From contig JBDHAB010000005.1 of NCBI GenBank assembly GCA_039588295.1, positions 32,001 through 96,000 of the forward strand: a stretch of 64,000 nucleotides of DNA, read 5' to 3'. Made by a program: the position numbers and the translations under genes. How positions within the stretch are numbered: position 1 is the stretch's first letter; every line of letters starts with the position of its first letter. This DNA is from Gemmatimonadota bacterium (GTDB lineage: Bacteria; Gemmatimonadota; Gemmatimonadetes; Gemmatimonadales; GWC2-71-9). The notes under the pieces were generated by a model, which saw nothing but the letters and a program-made list of their open reading frames with translations, was not told the origin of the DNA and ran no database searches. Below are positions 23,578 through 35,952 of this stretch, piece after piece.

Positions 23578-23620
23578 ACCTCTCTCCAAGTTCAGGAAAC
23601 GCAAAAACTTACGCGATAGC

Positions 23621-24196
23621 CTACCGGGAGGCAATCGGTGCCAGTTGGCCGGCGGCCTCGCGGTAGCGCGAGCCACACCGATCGCAGATACCCGCGCCTC
23701 CACTCACGTGAAGCCGCTCACCACACTGGCACATCCAGCCCACACGCCGAGCCGGCACACCAACCATCAAGGCATAGCTCGGTACGTCCGAGGTGACCAC
23801 GGCTCCGGCTCCGACGAATGCGTATTCCCCGAGCGTGACGCCACACACGATCGTGGCGTTGGCGCCAACGGCGACCCCCCGCCGGACCAGCGTGGGCTGG
23901 TACTCCTGCTTGCGCGACACGTGGCTCCGCGGCGTCGACACATTCGTGAACACGCACGACGGTCCGCAGAACACATCGTCTTCAAGGGTCACGCCTTCGT
24001 AAATCGAGACGTTGTTCTGGATCTTGACATTGTTGCCGATCTTCGTCCCGGGCATCACGACGACGTTTTGTCCAAGGCTGCAACCCTCCCCGATCACCGC
24101 CCCGGCCATGACGTGACAGAAATGCCAGATCTTGGTGCCGGTGCCGATTCTGGCACCGTCGTCGACGTAGGCGCTTTCGTGGGTGAAGTAGTCCAT
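23621..24196 (-). CDS. Hexapeptide-repeat N-acetyltransferase (WbpD-like)
   Basis: [42 protein letters not shown]-terminal CxC..CxxC. Confidence 0.9.
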   Translation of the reverse strand: MDYFTHESAYVDDGARIGTGTKIWHFCHVMAGAVIGEGCSLGQNVVVMPGTKIGNNVKIQNNVSIYEGVTLEDDVFCGPSCVFTNVSTPRSHVSRKQEYQPTLVRRGVAVGANATIVCGVTLGEYAFVGAGAVVTSDVPSYALMVGVPARRVGWMCQCGERLHVSGGAGICDRCGSRYREAAGQLAPIASR

Positions 24197-24201
24197 AGCG
24201 T

Positions 24202-24264
24202 TGTCAGTTGTCGGTTATCAGGCTTCGGCTGTCAGTTGTCAGCTGTCAGCTATCGGCCGTCAGC
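24202..24264. repeat. Heptamer tandem repeat, consensus TGTCAGY, 9 degenerate units
   Basis: tgtcagt tgtcggt tatcagg cttcggc tgtcagt tgtcagc tgtcagc tatcggc cgtcagc. Confidence 0.85.
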
Positions 24265-24302
24265 GTGCCGGTCCCCGTTGACCACTCACTTTCTTTGTCC
24301 CA

Positions 24303-24344
24303 TTCACTTTTCACCTTTCACTCTTCACTGCTCACAGCTCACCA
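24303..24344. repeat. Heptamer tandem repeat, consensus YTCACNN, 6 units, overlapping the murB stop
   Basis: ttcactt ttcacct ttcactc ttcactg ctcacag ctcacca. Confidence 0.8.
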
Positions 24345-25258
24345 ATGATTTCCACTTCCAGCTCCAACTCCACTCCGTACTCCTTCATCACCTTCTCCCG
24401 CACCACGGCGATTATCGCCACCACGTCGCTGGCCGTCGCATACCCCGTGTTGACGATGTAGTTCGCGTGTACGGTCGATACCTCCGCACCGCCGACCCGG
24501 AACCCCTTGAGTCCGAGGGAGTCGATGAGCTGCCCCGCCGACCTGGGGGCGCCGGTGCCACTCGGATTGCGGAAGACGGAACCGCAGCATGGCTCATTGA
24601 ACGGAGTCCCGGCCTTGCGCCACCGAAGGTGCTGTCGGATCTCTCGCTCCAGCTGACGTGGATCGGCGGGCTGGAGCTCGACAGTCGTCCCCACGACGAC
24701 CGCATTATCGAGTCCACTTCTTCGATACCGCCACGCAATCTCGCTGCCATGCAAGACCCCGACCGACCCGTCAGCCCGCACCACATCTACGGTCCGCACC
24801 ACCTGCGAGAAGTCTTGCCCGTGGGCGCCGGCGTTCATGAACACGCCGCCTCCGACCGTGCCCGGTACGCCTACCAGCCGCTGCATGCCCGCCAGACCCG
24901 CCTTCGCCGTTCGCCGCGCCAACCGGGGCGTGGGAAGACCCGCTCCGACACTCCACACGGTCGGGTCGCCCCCGATCTTCTGCGCGATGCGATCGAGACC
25001 TTGTCCCAGCCGGAGGACGATGCCATCAAACCCCTGATCTGCAATCAGCACGTTGGAGCCCAGTCCCAGCGCGAGCCAGCGCAGCCCGGTCTCGCGAGCG
25101 ACACCAAGCGCCGCGGCCACGTCCTCGGTATCCACCGTCTGCACCAACGCCGCCGCAGGGCCGCCAATGCGGTAGGTTGTGTACTCCGCGAGCGGCTCAT
25201 CAAACCGCACCTCTCCGCGGACACGCGCAGCCAGCTCCTGCAAGGCCGTGGTGTTCAC
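24332..25258 (-). CDS. murB: UDP-N-acetylmuramate dehydrogenase
   Basis: TTYRIGGPA, GLGSNVL, PGTVGG.VFMNAGAHG, GSVFRNP, HANYIVN. Confidence 0.95.
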   Translation of the reverse strand: MNTTALQELAARVRGEVRFDEPLAEYTTYRIGGPAAALVQTVDTEDVAAALGVARETGLRWLALGLGSNVLIADQGFDGIVLRLGQGLDRIAQKIGGDPTVWSVGAGLPTPRLARRTAKAGLAGMQRLVGVPGTVGGGVFMNAGAHGQDFSQVVRTVDVVRADGSVGVLHGSEIAWRYRRSGLDNAVVVGTTVELQPADPRQLEREIRQHLRWRKAGTPFNEPCCGSVFRNPSGTGAPRSAGQLIDSLGLKGFRVGGAEVSTVHANYIVNTGYATASDVVAIIAVVREKVMKEYGVELELEVEIIGEL

Positions 25259-25312
25259 GTGCGGGCGCCTGCGCTTGGACCCATTTCGCCGGTTCCTCCG
25301 TTCACCCTCCGC

Positions 25313-28300
25313 TCACGCTTCTTCGACCGATCCGGGTTCCGTCATCTCATACCACTCCTGCAGACACCTCACCATGCTCCGTCTGCTCTTGAGCGCGAGC
25401 ACAGCGTCACATGCAGCACTCGCGGCCGACATGGTCGTGATATATGGGACGCGGTGCTGCACGGCCGAGCGGCGAATGAGGTAGTCGTCTTTCTGTGTCA
25501 GCTTGCCGAGCGGCGTATTGATGAGGAGCTGTACCTCACCGGAGACGAGCAAGTCCACAGCGTTGGGGCGACCCTCGTGCACCTTGGCAGCCAATTTCAC
25601 TGCAATCCCACGCGATTTGAGATACCGGGCAGTGCCCTCCGTGGCCATGATGTGGAATCCCATCTCATGAAACCGACGAACGATGGGCAGGACGGTTGGC
25701 TTGTCATTGTCATTGACGGTGACGAAGATCGTGCCCTCCAGCGGCAGCGCATCACCGGCGCCTACCTGTGCTTTGGCAAACGCCATCCCGAAGCTGTCGG
25801 CCACGCCCATGACCTCCCCTGTCGAGCGCATCTCAGGACCCAGCTGCACGTCGGCGTTGGGCAGCTTCGTGAATGGGAAGACCGCCTCCTTGACCGCAAC
25901 ATAGGAGATGGCCGGCTCATCAGTGACGCCAAGTGCCTCAAGCGACCGTCCGACCATCACTCCAGCCGCGAGTTTCGCCAGCGGGACCCCCGTGGCCTTG
26001 CTCACAAACGGAACGGTGCGCGACGCGCGCGGGTTCACCTCCAGCACGTAAACGACACCTCCTTTGACGGCGTACTGCACGTTGATGACACCGACCACAC
26101 CGAGCCTCTCCGCGAACCGTCGCGTATGCTCGCGCATCTGCTGCACTGCGCGATCATCGAGTAGGTAGGGCGGCAGCACACATGCGGAGTCACCCGAGTG
26201 CACCCCAGCATCTTCAATGTGTTGCATCACGCCCCCGATCACGCACCGATCGCCGTCGGAAATGGCATCAACATCCGCTTCGAATGCATCCTCCAGAAAC
26301 TGGTCGAGCAGCACGGGGTGATCCGGTGACACCTGAACGGCACGGTGGAAGTATTCCGCCAGTTCCTTTTCGTTGTACACAACTTCCATCGCTCGTCCGC
26401 CGAGAACGTAGGAAGGCCGAACGAGAATGGGGTAGCCGACCTCCGCGGCCACCTGCACCGCTTCCTCCACGGTCACGGCGGTTCCGTTGGGCGGCTGCGC
26501 CACACCCAACTCTCGCGTCAGCTTGTCGAACCGACGACGATCCTCGGCAAGATCGATTGCCTCCGGGCTCGTCCCGAGGATCGGAACCCCGGCAGCCTCG
26601 AGACCCTTGGCCAGCTTGAGCGGGGTCTGTCCGCCGAGCTGCACCACCACGCCCATGGGTTGTTCGAGCCGCACGATCTCGAGTACGTCTTCGAGGGTCA
26701 GTGGCTCGAAGTACAGCTTGTCGGAAATGTCGAAGTCGGTGGAAACCGTCTCCGGGTTGGAGTTGATCATAATCGTGCGGAAGCCAAGCTCCCGGAACGC
26801 GAGGCCGGCCCGCACGCAGCAATAGTCGAACTCCACTCCCTGCCCGATCCGGTTGGGGCCACTCCCCAAGATCACGACGCCACGGGCACCAAGCGACTCC
26901 GATTCGTTCTCCTCCTCATACGAGGAGTAGTAGTACGGCGTGGCCGACGGGAACTCGCCTGCGCACGTATCAACGACCTTGTAGCTCGGATGCACGCCGA
27001 GCTTCCAACGGAGTGTTCGCACGGCGTGCTCGGTTGTCCCACGCAGCTCAGCCAACTGGCGGTCTGAGAATCCCAACCGCTTCATCGACCTGAGCTGCGT
27101 GGCGTCCAGCGATTCCGCAACTCGGAAGCGCCGCTCGGCCTCCAGCAGATCCTCGAGTTGAGCAAGAAACCACCGATCGATCCCCGTGAGCGTCGCGATT
27201 TCAGCCGGCCGCACCCCTCGGAGGAGCGCCCGCTTGATCTGGAACGTGCGTTCCGGCGTGGGCGTGCGCAGCGCGACCCGCAGCTCGTCGTCGTCGCCGA
27301 GTTCAAGTCCGTCGTCAGTCAACGTGCCATACACCCACCCCGGCCGATCGATTTCGAGCGACCGCAGCCCCTTTTGAAACGCTTCCTTGAACGTGCGTCC
27401 GATCGCCATGGACTCACCCACCGACTTCATCTGGGTCGTGAGCCGTGCGTCGGCCGAGGGAAACTTCTCGAAGGCAAACCGGGGAAACTTCACCACGACG
27501 TAGTCGAGCACCGGCTCGAACGACGCTGGCGTCGTCTTGGTGATGTCATTGGGCAACTCGTCGAGCGTATACCCGACGGCGAGCTTCGTGCCGATACGCG
27601 CAATGGGGAAGCCCGTTGCCTTCGACGCCAACGCCGATGAGCGGGACACACGGGGATTCATCTCGATGGTGAGCATCTCACCAGTTTCAGGGTGCAGCGC
27701 GAATTGGATGTTACACCCACCGGCATCCACACCGATCTCCCGAATGATCGCGATCGCCGCATCGCGCATCACTTGATACTCACGGTCGGTCAGCGTCATC
27801 GCCGGTGCAACGGTGATCGAATCACCGGTATGCACGCCCATCGGATCCATGTTCTCAATGGAACAGACGATGACAACGTTGTCCCGATGGTCGCGCATGA
27901 CCTCGAGTTCGAATTCCTTCCACCCCAACACCGACTGCTCGATGAGCGCCGAGCCAACTGGTGACAGGTCCAGCGCCCGACGTACCAGCTCTTCGTATTC
28001 TTCGAGGTTGTATGCGACACCCCCTCCGGTGCCACCCAGTGTGAACGACGGTCGAATGATCGCGGGATAGCCGGTGTCCTCGATAAGTGTGAGCGCTTCA
28101 TCGCGCGAATTCACTACCGCGCCCCGCGGTACGGCAAGGCCGATCCGTTTCATCGCGGCCGCAAACTCCTTGCGGTCCTCGGCCATGCGAATCGCCCGCT
28201 CATCCGCACCGATCAACTCCACTCCATGGCGTTCGAGCGTCCCGTCCATGACGAGCGCCATCGCCACGTTCAGCGCGGTCTGTCCACCCATGGTCGGCAG

Positions 28301-28541
28301 GAGCGCGTCCGGACGTTCCCGCTCGATCACTTGCGTCACCCACTCGGGGGTGACGGGCTCGATGTAGGTCCGATCTGCCAACTCGGGGTCGGTCATGATG
28401 GTGGCCGGATTCGAGTTGACGAGAATGACGCGATAGCCCTCTTCCTTGAGCGCCTTGACCGCCTGGGTACCGGAGTAGTCGAACTCGGCAGCCTGACCGA
28501 TAACGATCGGGCCGGACCCGATGAGCAGGATGCTCTCGATG

Positions 28542-28558
<17 letters not shown>
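25313..28558 (-). CDS. carB: Carbamoyl-phosphate synthase large subunit
   Basis: [27 protein letters not shown]; two ATP-grasp halves; MGS domain. Confidence 0.98.
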
Positions 28559-30460
<1,902 letters not shown>

Positions 30461-30577
30461 TCAGGCCTGTGGGGCGGCATCATGGGCCGGCCATTGGGGT
30501 TGTAGGGAGCCATCGGTGTCGTTAGTGTTCTATGCTTCATTCCCGAGTATCTTGGACCAGCACCGAACGAGTTAGCC

Positions 30578-30796
30578 ATGGCACGTGTCTGCGATATCTG
30601 CGGCAAGGGACCGAGCTTCGGCCACAACGTCAGCCACGCCAACAACAAGACCAACCGGCGGTGGTACCCGAACCTTCAGCGGGTGCGGGCGCTCGTCAAC
30701 GGTGAGGTCAAGCGGATCCGCGTGTGCACGCAGTGTATCAAATCCAACCGGGTTATGAAGGCGCCACGGAGACCGTCGTCCATACCGACCCAGTGA
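30578..30796 (+). CDS. rpmB: 50S ribosomal protein L28
   Basis: [34 protein letters not shown]. Confidence 0.97.
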   Translation: MARVCDICGKGPSFGHNVSHANNKTNRRWYPNLQRVRALVNGEVKRIRVCTQCIKSNRVMKAPRRPSSIPTQ

Positions 30797-30821
30797 CCGT
30801 GCCGTAGCGTCGATAGACCTC

Positions 30822-30852
30822 AAAAAAACGGGGACCAAGAGGTCCCCGTCTT
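30822..30852 (-). terminator. Intrinsic terminator of the alpha operon (possibly bidirectional with rpmB)
   Basis: ACGGGGACC-AAGA-GGTCCCCGT stem with an A7 run on + (U-tract on -). Confidence 0.85.
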
Positions 30853-30878
30853 GCGTTCGCAGTGCTTGCGGCAGGACC

Positions 30879-31235
30879 TCACTCACCGAGCAATTCGATC
30901 CGCGCCAGCTCGGCCCCATCGCCCGGCCGGTGTCCAATCTTGAGAATGCGGGTGTACCCACCGGGCCGGCTCGCGAAGCGCGGTCCGATCTCGCCAAACA
31001 GTCGGCCAGCAACTTCGCGGTCCTTGATGTGCCGCTCGACTTGCCGGCGGGCGTGCAAGTCGCCCCTCCGAGCCAACGTGATCAGGCGCTCGGCGAACGG
31101 CCGCAGTTCCTTGGCTTTGGCGTTGGTTGTCACGACACGCTCGTGACGGAATAACGACGTGGCCATGTTTCGCAACATGGCGCGCTTGTGCGCCGTCGTC
31201 CGGCTCAACTGCCGGCCCTTGTTGCGATGCCGCAT
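30879..31235 (-). CDS. rplQ: 50S ribosomal protein L17
   Basis: MRHRNKGRQLSRT.AHKRAM, RPGGYTRI. Confidence 0.98.
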   Translation of the reverse strand: MRHRNKGRQLSRTTAHKRAMLRNMATSLFRHERVVTTNAKAKELRPFAERLITLARRGDLHARRQVERHIKDREVAGRLFGEIGPRFASRPGGYTRILKIGHRPGDGAELARIELLGE

Positions 31236-31240
31236 GAGCC

Positions 31241-32320
31241 CTAGCCCTCGACCGGCTCGTCGGCAGGCATGTCCGCGGCGGCACCGGCGATGGCCACAGG
31301 GGCCGTCCCTTCGCTCACCACGACCAGCTCGCCTTCCTGCTCCTCAAACGCCATTCCGAAGTTAAGCCCTTCGCGCCGCAGCATATCCGCAATCTCGCCC
31401 AGCGCCTTCTCGCCGACGTTCTTGACCTTGAGGAGGTCTTCCTCGGTGTAGCACACGAGGTCGGCGAGAGTGCTGATGCTCGAGTTCTTCAGCGAATTGA
31501 TCGACCGAACCGACAGTCCGCAGTCATCAATCGCCTTCGCCAGGAGTTCGCGGAGCTGCGACCCGTCCGGACCCGGTGCCTCCGCTGGAGGCTCGCCGGG
31601 AACCAACGGCAGCTGGCCGAAGTCGATAAAGAACCGGAAGTGCTCCTGTAACAGTGCCGCCGCGTAGGCGACCGCGTCCTCGGGGGGGACCGCACCGTTC
31701 GTTTCCACAGTCAGATTGAGGCTGTCGAAGTCGGTGCGCTGTCCCACGCGCGTCTCGTGGACCGTGAAATTCGCGCGTCGCACTGGATTGTAGACCGCAT
31801 CGATGCGCACCAGATCCACTGGGAGGGATCGGTCGGCCTCGTGCTGAGCTGCCTCGACGTAGCCGCGGCCTTTGCGCACATACAGTTCGCCCGTGACCTC
31901 GCGGTCTTCCTGTAGGGTGAAGAGCGCGTGTTCGGGATGCACGATTTCCACGGCCGCGTTGGGAACGATGTTGGCTGCCGTGACCGGCCCCGCCTTCTCC
32001 ACTTTCAGCTGGAGCACGGCCTCGTTCACCTCATCCGGCATCCTCAAGGTCAACGCCTTGAGTCGCTGGATGATCTGGTGGATGTCCTCCACCACCGCCG
32101 GCACCGTCTGGTGCTCGTGGACGACTCCCTCCAACCGGAACGCCCACACCGCCGCGCCAGGGAGAGAAGAGAGGAGCATCCGCCGCAGCGCGTTGCCCAT
32201 GGTATGGCCGTACCCCCGCTCGAGTGGTTGGAGACGGAACTCGGCCGAAAACGGGATGTCTTCCCGTTTCGTCATCTCAACCACGTGCGGTCGGACCAAC
32301 CCAGAGAGATCAATCGTCAT
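31241..32320 (-). CDS. rpoA: RNA polymerase alpha subunit
   Basis: PLERGYGHTMGNALRR.LLSS, RVGQRTDFD, LSVRSIN.L. Confidence 0.97.
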   Translation of the reverse strand: MTIDLSGLVRPHVVEMTKREDIPFSAEFRLQPLERGYGHTMGNALRRMLLSSLPGAAVWAFRLEGVVHEHQTVPAVVEDIHQIIQRLKALTLRMPDEVNEAVLQLKVEKAGPVTAANIVPNAAVEIVHPEHALFTLQEDREVTGELYVRKGRGYVEAAQHEADRSLPVDLVRIDAVYNPVRRANFTVHETRVGQRTDFDSLNLTVETNGAVPPEDAVAYAAALLQEHFRFFIDFGQLPLVPGEPPAEAPGPDGSQLRELLAKAIDDCGLSVRSINSLKNSSISTLADLVCYTEEDLLKVKNVGEKALGEIADMLRREGLNFGMAFEEQEGELVVVSEGTAPVAIAGAAADMPADEPVEG

Positions 32321-32322
32321 GG

Positions 32323-32958
32323 TTACTTGGAGTAGAGCTCGACAATCATTTGTTCCTGCGCGGCCAACGGAATCTGGTCGCGCGTGGGAAGCTCAAGCAG
32401 TTTGCCGACAGCCTTGTCGGCATCCACCTGAAGCCACGAAACTGGCGCAGCCCGTGACAGCGCCTCGAGTGACGCACGCACCGCCGTGAGATCACGACTA
32501 CCCACCGCAAGCCCCACCTCGTCGTTCGGACGCACCGCGAATGAGGGGACGTCGACCGCCTTCCCATTCACCTCGACGTGCCGATGTCGCACGAGCTGCC
32601 GCGCCGCGCGTCGACTCGGCGCGAACCCCATGCGATGGACGATGTTGTCCAGGCGGGTCTCGAGCAGGACCAGGAGGTTCTCGCCGGTCACGCCCGGCGT
32701 GAGGCGAACCCGGTCGAACGCCCGGCGGAACTGCCGCTCGGTGAGCCCATACGTGCGGCGAACCTTCTGCTTTTCCCTGAGCTGGCGTTGATACTCCGAA
32801 CTTCGGCGCCGCCGACCGGATGACGGACCATGCTGCCCCGGTGCGTAGGCTCGACGTTCGATGGCGCACTTCTCCGTGAGGCAGCGGCTTCCCTTGAGGA
32901 AGAGCTTGGTGCCCTCGCGGCGGCACAGCTTGCAGACCGGACCCGTATATCGTGCCAT
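32323..32958 (-). CDS. rpsD: 30S ribosomal protein S4
   Basis: MARYTGPVCKLCRREG, QLREKQK, ETRLDN, IVELYSK. Confidence 0.98.
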   Translation of the reverse strand: MARYTGPVCKLCRREGTKLFLKGSRCLTEKCAIERRAYAPGQHGPSSGRRRRSSEYQRQLREKQKVRRTYGLTERQFRRAFDRVRLTPGVTGENLLVLLETRLDNIVHRMGFAPSRRAARQLVRHRHVEVNGKAVDVPSFAVRPNDEVGLAVGSRDLTAVRASLEALSRAAPVSWLQVDADKAVGKLLELPTRDQIPLAAQEQMIVELYSK

Positions 32959-32961
32959 GGA

Positions 32962-33354
32962 TCAGACCCGCCGCTTCTTGGGCGGCCGGCACCCATTGTG
33001 AGGAATCGGCGTCACGTCGCGGATCGACTTGACCTCGAGGCCCGCCGAGACGAGCGCTTGAATCGCCGACTCGCGCCCCGACCCCGGGCCCTGCACGCGT
33101 ACATGCACGCGCCGCACCCCGAGATTCACGGCCTCACGGGCACAGTTCTCGGCCGCGACCGTAGCCGCAAACGACGTCGACTTCTTCGATCCCTTGAAGC
33201 CCGACTTGCCGGCGGAACCCCAGACGAGGGCGTTCCCCTGGAGATCGGTAATCGTGATCAAGGTGTTGTTGAAGGTCGCCGTGATGTGCGCGACGCCTTC
33301 CGCCTCGACGATCTTTTTCGAGCGCTTGGACCCGGAGGGCTGTGCTTGAGCCAT
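32962..33354 (-). CDS. rpsK: 30S ribosomal protein S11
   Basis: [29 protein letters not shown]. Confidence 0.98.
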   Translation of the reverse strand: MAQAQPSGSKRSKKIVEAEGVAHITATFNNTLITITDLQGNALVWGSAGKSGFKGSKKSTSFAATVAAENCAREAVNLGVRRVHVRVQGPGSGRESAIQALVSAGLEVKSIRDVTPIPHNGCRPPKKRRV

Positions 33355-33735
33355 CTACTTCTTCACCACCTTCTTCCTGCCCGCGATCGGACGTCGCGGC
33401 CCCTTTTTCGTTCGCGCGTTGGTGTGCGTCCGCTGACCGCGCACGGGCAAGCCCCGGCGGTGCCGCTGGCCGCGATAGCTGCCGATGTCCATCAGACGCT
33501 TGATGTTCATCGCGACCTCGGTGCGGAGCGCACCTTCTACCTTGACCTGGCGTTCGATTGCCTGCCGTAGGCGCGCGACCTCGGCATCGGTGAGGTCCCG
33601 AACCCGGGTGTCGGGGCTGACGGCCGTGTCGTCGAGGACCCGCCCCGCCGTCGATCGCCCGACGCCAAAGATGTAAGTGAGCGCGATCTCAACCCGCTTC
33701 TCGCGAGGCAGATCGACGCCAGCGATACGTGCCAT
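33355..33735 (-). CDS. rpsM: 30S ribosomal protein S13
   Basis: [25 protein letters not shown]. Confidence 0.98.
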   Translation of the reverse strand: MARIAGVDLPREKRVEIALTYIFGVGRSTAGRVLDDTAVSPDTRVRDLTDAEVARLRQAIERQVKVEGALRTEVAMNIKRLMDIGSYRGQRHRRGLPVRGQRTHTNARTKKGPRRPIAGRKKVVKK

Positions 33736-33738
33736 GCC

Positions 33739-33855
33739 CTAACCCTGTCGCTGTTTGTGCTTCGGGTTGCGTTTGCAAATGACCCGCGTGACACCACGCC
33801 GTCGGACCACCTTGCAATACTCGCAGATTGGCTTGACGCTCGAACGGACTTTCAA
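33739..33855 (-). CDS. rpmJ: 50S ribosomal protein L36 (TTG start)
   Basis: [38 protein letters not shown]. Confidence 0.96.
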   Translation of the reverse strand: MKVRSSVKPICEYCKVVRRRGVTRVICKRNPKHKQRQG

Positions 33856-33893
33856 GGCCGTTCCCCCCATCAAGTAATGGAAACGAGCCTCGG

Positions 33894-33922
33894 AATATAG
33901 ATGGGGCTTAGTTCCGATGCAA
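33894..33922 (-). promoter_or_regulatory. Sigma70-type promoter for the rpmJ-alpha operon
   Basis: TTGCAT-17 nt-TATATT on the minus strand. Confidence 0.65.
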
Positions 33923-33929
33923 GCAGCGG

Positions 33930-34400
33930 TTAGGGCGTGACCCGGACCTCCCGCAACCGCCACGCCCCGTCCAGGCGGCGGAACCCCAAGAACACCCGCT
34001 CCCGCCGCTCCTCCGAGGTTCCCCGGACCACATAGGCCCGGTCCAGTTCCGCATAGGCATGGTCATCCGCCAGCCGGCGGACTCCGACCAGCGAGAACCC
34101 CCGTTCCTGGGAGGACCGGAGGTAGCGGCCGAGAATCCGGGCAGCCTGGCCCGGCTTGAGCGAAGCGGCGGTCGCCGTCCCGGGGATGTTGAGCCGCACC
34201 GTGTCGGAGGATTGCACCAGGGTCGCGACGTCGTGGCCGAGCCACGCACTCCGCGCCTGCTGGACCGCAGAGTCGAGGGGGGTCTGTGCCGCGAGCCCGG
34301 AGGCCAGCAACACGGCGAGCCCCACGACCACCGGCCCCGATCGCCGGAGGCCGCGACGCCTGTCACAAGACACCGGACACCTCACGATACCGCCTGGCAC
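33930..34400 (-). CDS. Exported hypothetical protein
   Basis: Hydrophobic signal-like segment ending LAA-Q; fills the gap between pyrF and rpmJ; start uncertain. Confidence 0.6.
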   Translation of the reverse strand: MPGGIVRCPVSCDRRRGLRRSGPVVVGLAVLLASGLAAQTPLDSAVQQARSAWLGHDVATLVQSSDTVRLNIPGTATAASLKPGQAARILGRYLRSSQERGFSLVGVRRLADDHAYAELDRAYVVRGTSEERRERVFLGFRRLDGAWRLREVRVTP

Positions 34401-35065
34401 ATCGATTCATACACCTCACGTGGCCGTTCAGCCCTGATGATCGGCCGGCCAACCACCAGGTGGGTCGCCCCGGCAGCCACCGCAACAGCCGGCTCCGCCG
34501 ATCGACGGTGGTCGTCCGCCGTGCCTCCTGCTGGACGTATACCCGGGGTGATCAGCCAATGGTCCGACCCGAGCACCTGGCGCACCGCCTCAATTTCCCA
34601 AGGCGAGGCAACCACCCCGTGGCATCCGGCCTCAACCGCCGACCGGGCCAGGCGCGTGACTTCGTCGCGCAGCGCCCCGTGGGGCGTTCCTCGCCCCGTC
34701 GCGCTCCAGTACTCTTGGGGACCGTGAGAGGTCAGCACCGTGACGGCTGCGAGCCGCATCGTTCCGGCAGCCCGCACCGCTTCCATCATCATTCGCGAAC
34801 CACCAAGGGCGTGGACCGTTGCCAGGTCGACCCCCAAACCCGCGGCCGCTCGCGCGGCCTCAGCCACGGAGTTCGGAATGTCGTGCCACTTGAGATCGAG
34901 GAAGATCTGGACGCCTCGTTCCTTGAAGTGCCCCAGTAACGGCGCTCCCCCGCGGAGCAGCAGCATCGGGCCAATCTTGACCCACCGCATCCCGGGCACC
35001 GCGTCGGACAGCTTCAATGCCTCGTCAGGCGAGCGCACGTCCAACGCGACGATTATCTCCGCCAC
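34382..35065 (-). CDS. pyrF: Orotidine-5'-phosphate decarboxylase
   Basis: IIVALD, FLDLKWHDIPNSV, VTVLTS, TPGIR, VVGRPI. Confidence 0.95.
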   Translation of the reverse strand: MAEIIVALDVRSPDEALKLSDAVPGMRWVKIGPMLLLRGGAPLLGHFKERGVQIFLDLKWHDIPNSVAEAARAAAGLGVDLATVHALGGSRMMMEAVRAAGTMRLAAVTVLTSHGPQEYWSATGRGTPHGALRDEVTRLARSAVEAGCHGVVASPWEIEAVRQVLGSDHWLITPGIRPAGGTADDHRRSAEPAVAVAAGATHLVVGRPIIRAERPREVYESMCQAVS

Positions 35066-35952
35066 CGGCGCTCCCATTGCGCGACCAACCGCTCCGGCAC
35101 CCGGGGATCGGCGAGCGCCGCCGTCCCGACCGCCACCAATGAGGCCCCGGCTGCCTGGTACTGCTCGACGTCCTCGATCGTGCGGATGCCACCCACGCCG
35201 ATCACCGGTCGACCGGTGCGTTCGCGCACCAGGCGCGTGGCGAGCACACCGACGGGCAGCAACGCCGGCCCGCTTACCCCACCGCGCCCATACCCGAGCC
35301 GCGGCGACCGGTCGGCGCTCCCAGCGGGCAGCCGGTACATGGTGCCGGGGACCGTGTTCACGACCGTGAAGCCGTCCGCGCCTGCATTGGCAGCAGCTTC
35401 CGCGACGCCCGCCACGTCGGACAGCGTCGGTGCCAACTTGACGAGCACCGGTCGGGAGGCCGCGTCTCGGCATCGGTGCACCAAGTCCTCCAGCACGCCC
35501 ACGTCCGCACCGAACTCCTCGCCACCCCGCGCCGTGTTCGGGCACGAGACGTTGAGCTCAAACGCCGTGATGACCTGCTCGGACGAGAGCCGCTTCACCA
35601 CCGCCACATAATCCTCGATAACGGCTCCGACCACATTCACAATCACCCGAGCGCGGGACAGGTTGGCCGCCAGCCACGGAAGCTCCACCGCCGCTACCCG
35701 GTCGAGCCCGGGGTTGGCCAGTCCCACGGCGTTGAGCATTCCACCCGAGAACTCCGCCACCCGAGGAGCCGGGTGGCCGACGCGGGGCTCGGGGCTCACC
35801 GCCTTGGTGACGATGCCCCCGAGGCGGTCGAGATCGATGATCTCGCGGAGCTCTCTCCCGAAGCCGGCCGTGCCGGCGGCTAGCAGAATGGGATTCTGAA
35901 ACGTCGTCCCCAGAACCTTGATGGGTTCCGCGACCATCGGGGGGCCGGTCAC
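35053..35952 (-). CDS. pyrD: Dihydroorotate dehydrogenase, class 1 catalytic subunit
   Basis: NPILLAAGTAG, GMLNAVGLANPG, ELNVSCPN, GGVSGP, IGVGGI. Confidence 0.92.
   Translation of the reverse strand: MTGPPMVAEPIKVLGTTFQNPILLAAGTAGFGRELREIIDLDRLGGIVTKAVSPEPRVGHPAPRVAEFSGGMLNAVGLANPGLDRVAAVELPWLAANLSRARVIVNVVGAVIEDYVAVVKRLSSEQVITAFELNVSCPNTARGGEEFGADVGVLEDLVHRCRDAASRPVLVKLAPTLSDVAGVAEAAANAGADGFTVVNTVPGTMYRLPAGSADRSPRLGYGRGGVSGPALLPVGVLATRLVRERTGRPVIGVGGIRTIEDVEQYQAAGASLVAVGTAALADPRVPERLVAQWERRWRR

Noticed and set aside
24202..24344. Repeats as a CRISPR array
   Set aside because: 7-bp tandem units without spacers; no cas genes
23093..26164. 1023-aa plus-strand ORF, and similar long antisense ORFs at 7737-9596, 10718-12970, 41042-42631 and 50933-53086
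   Set aside because: Shadow frames opposite well-supported genes in high-GC DNA; no recognisable motifs
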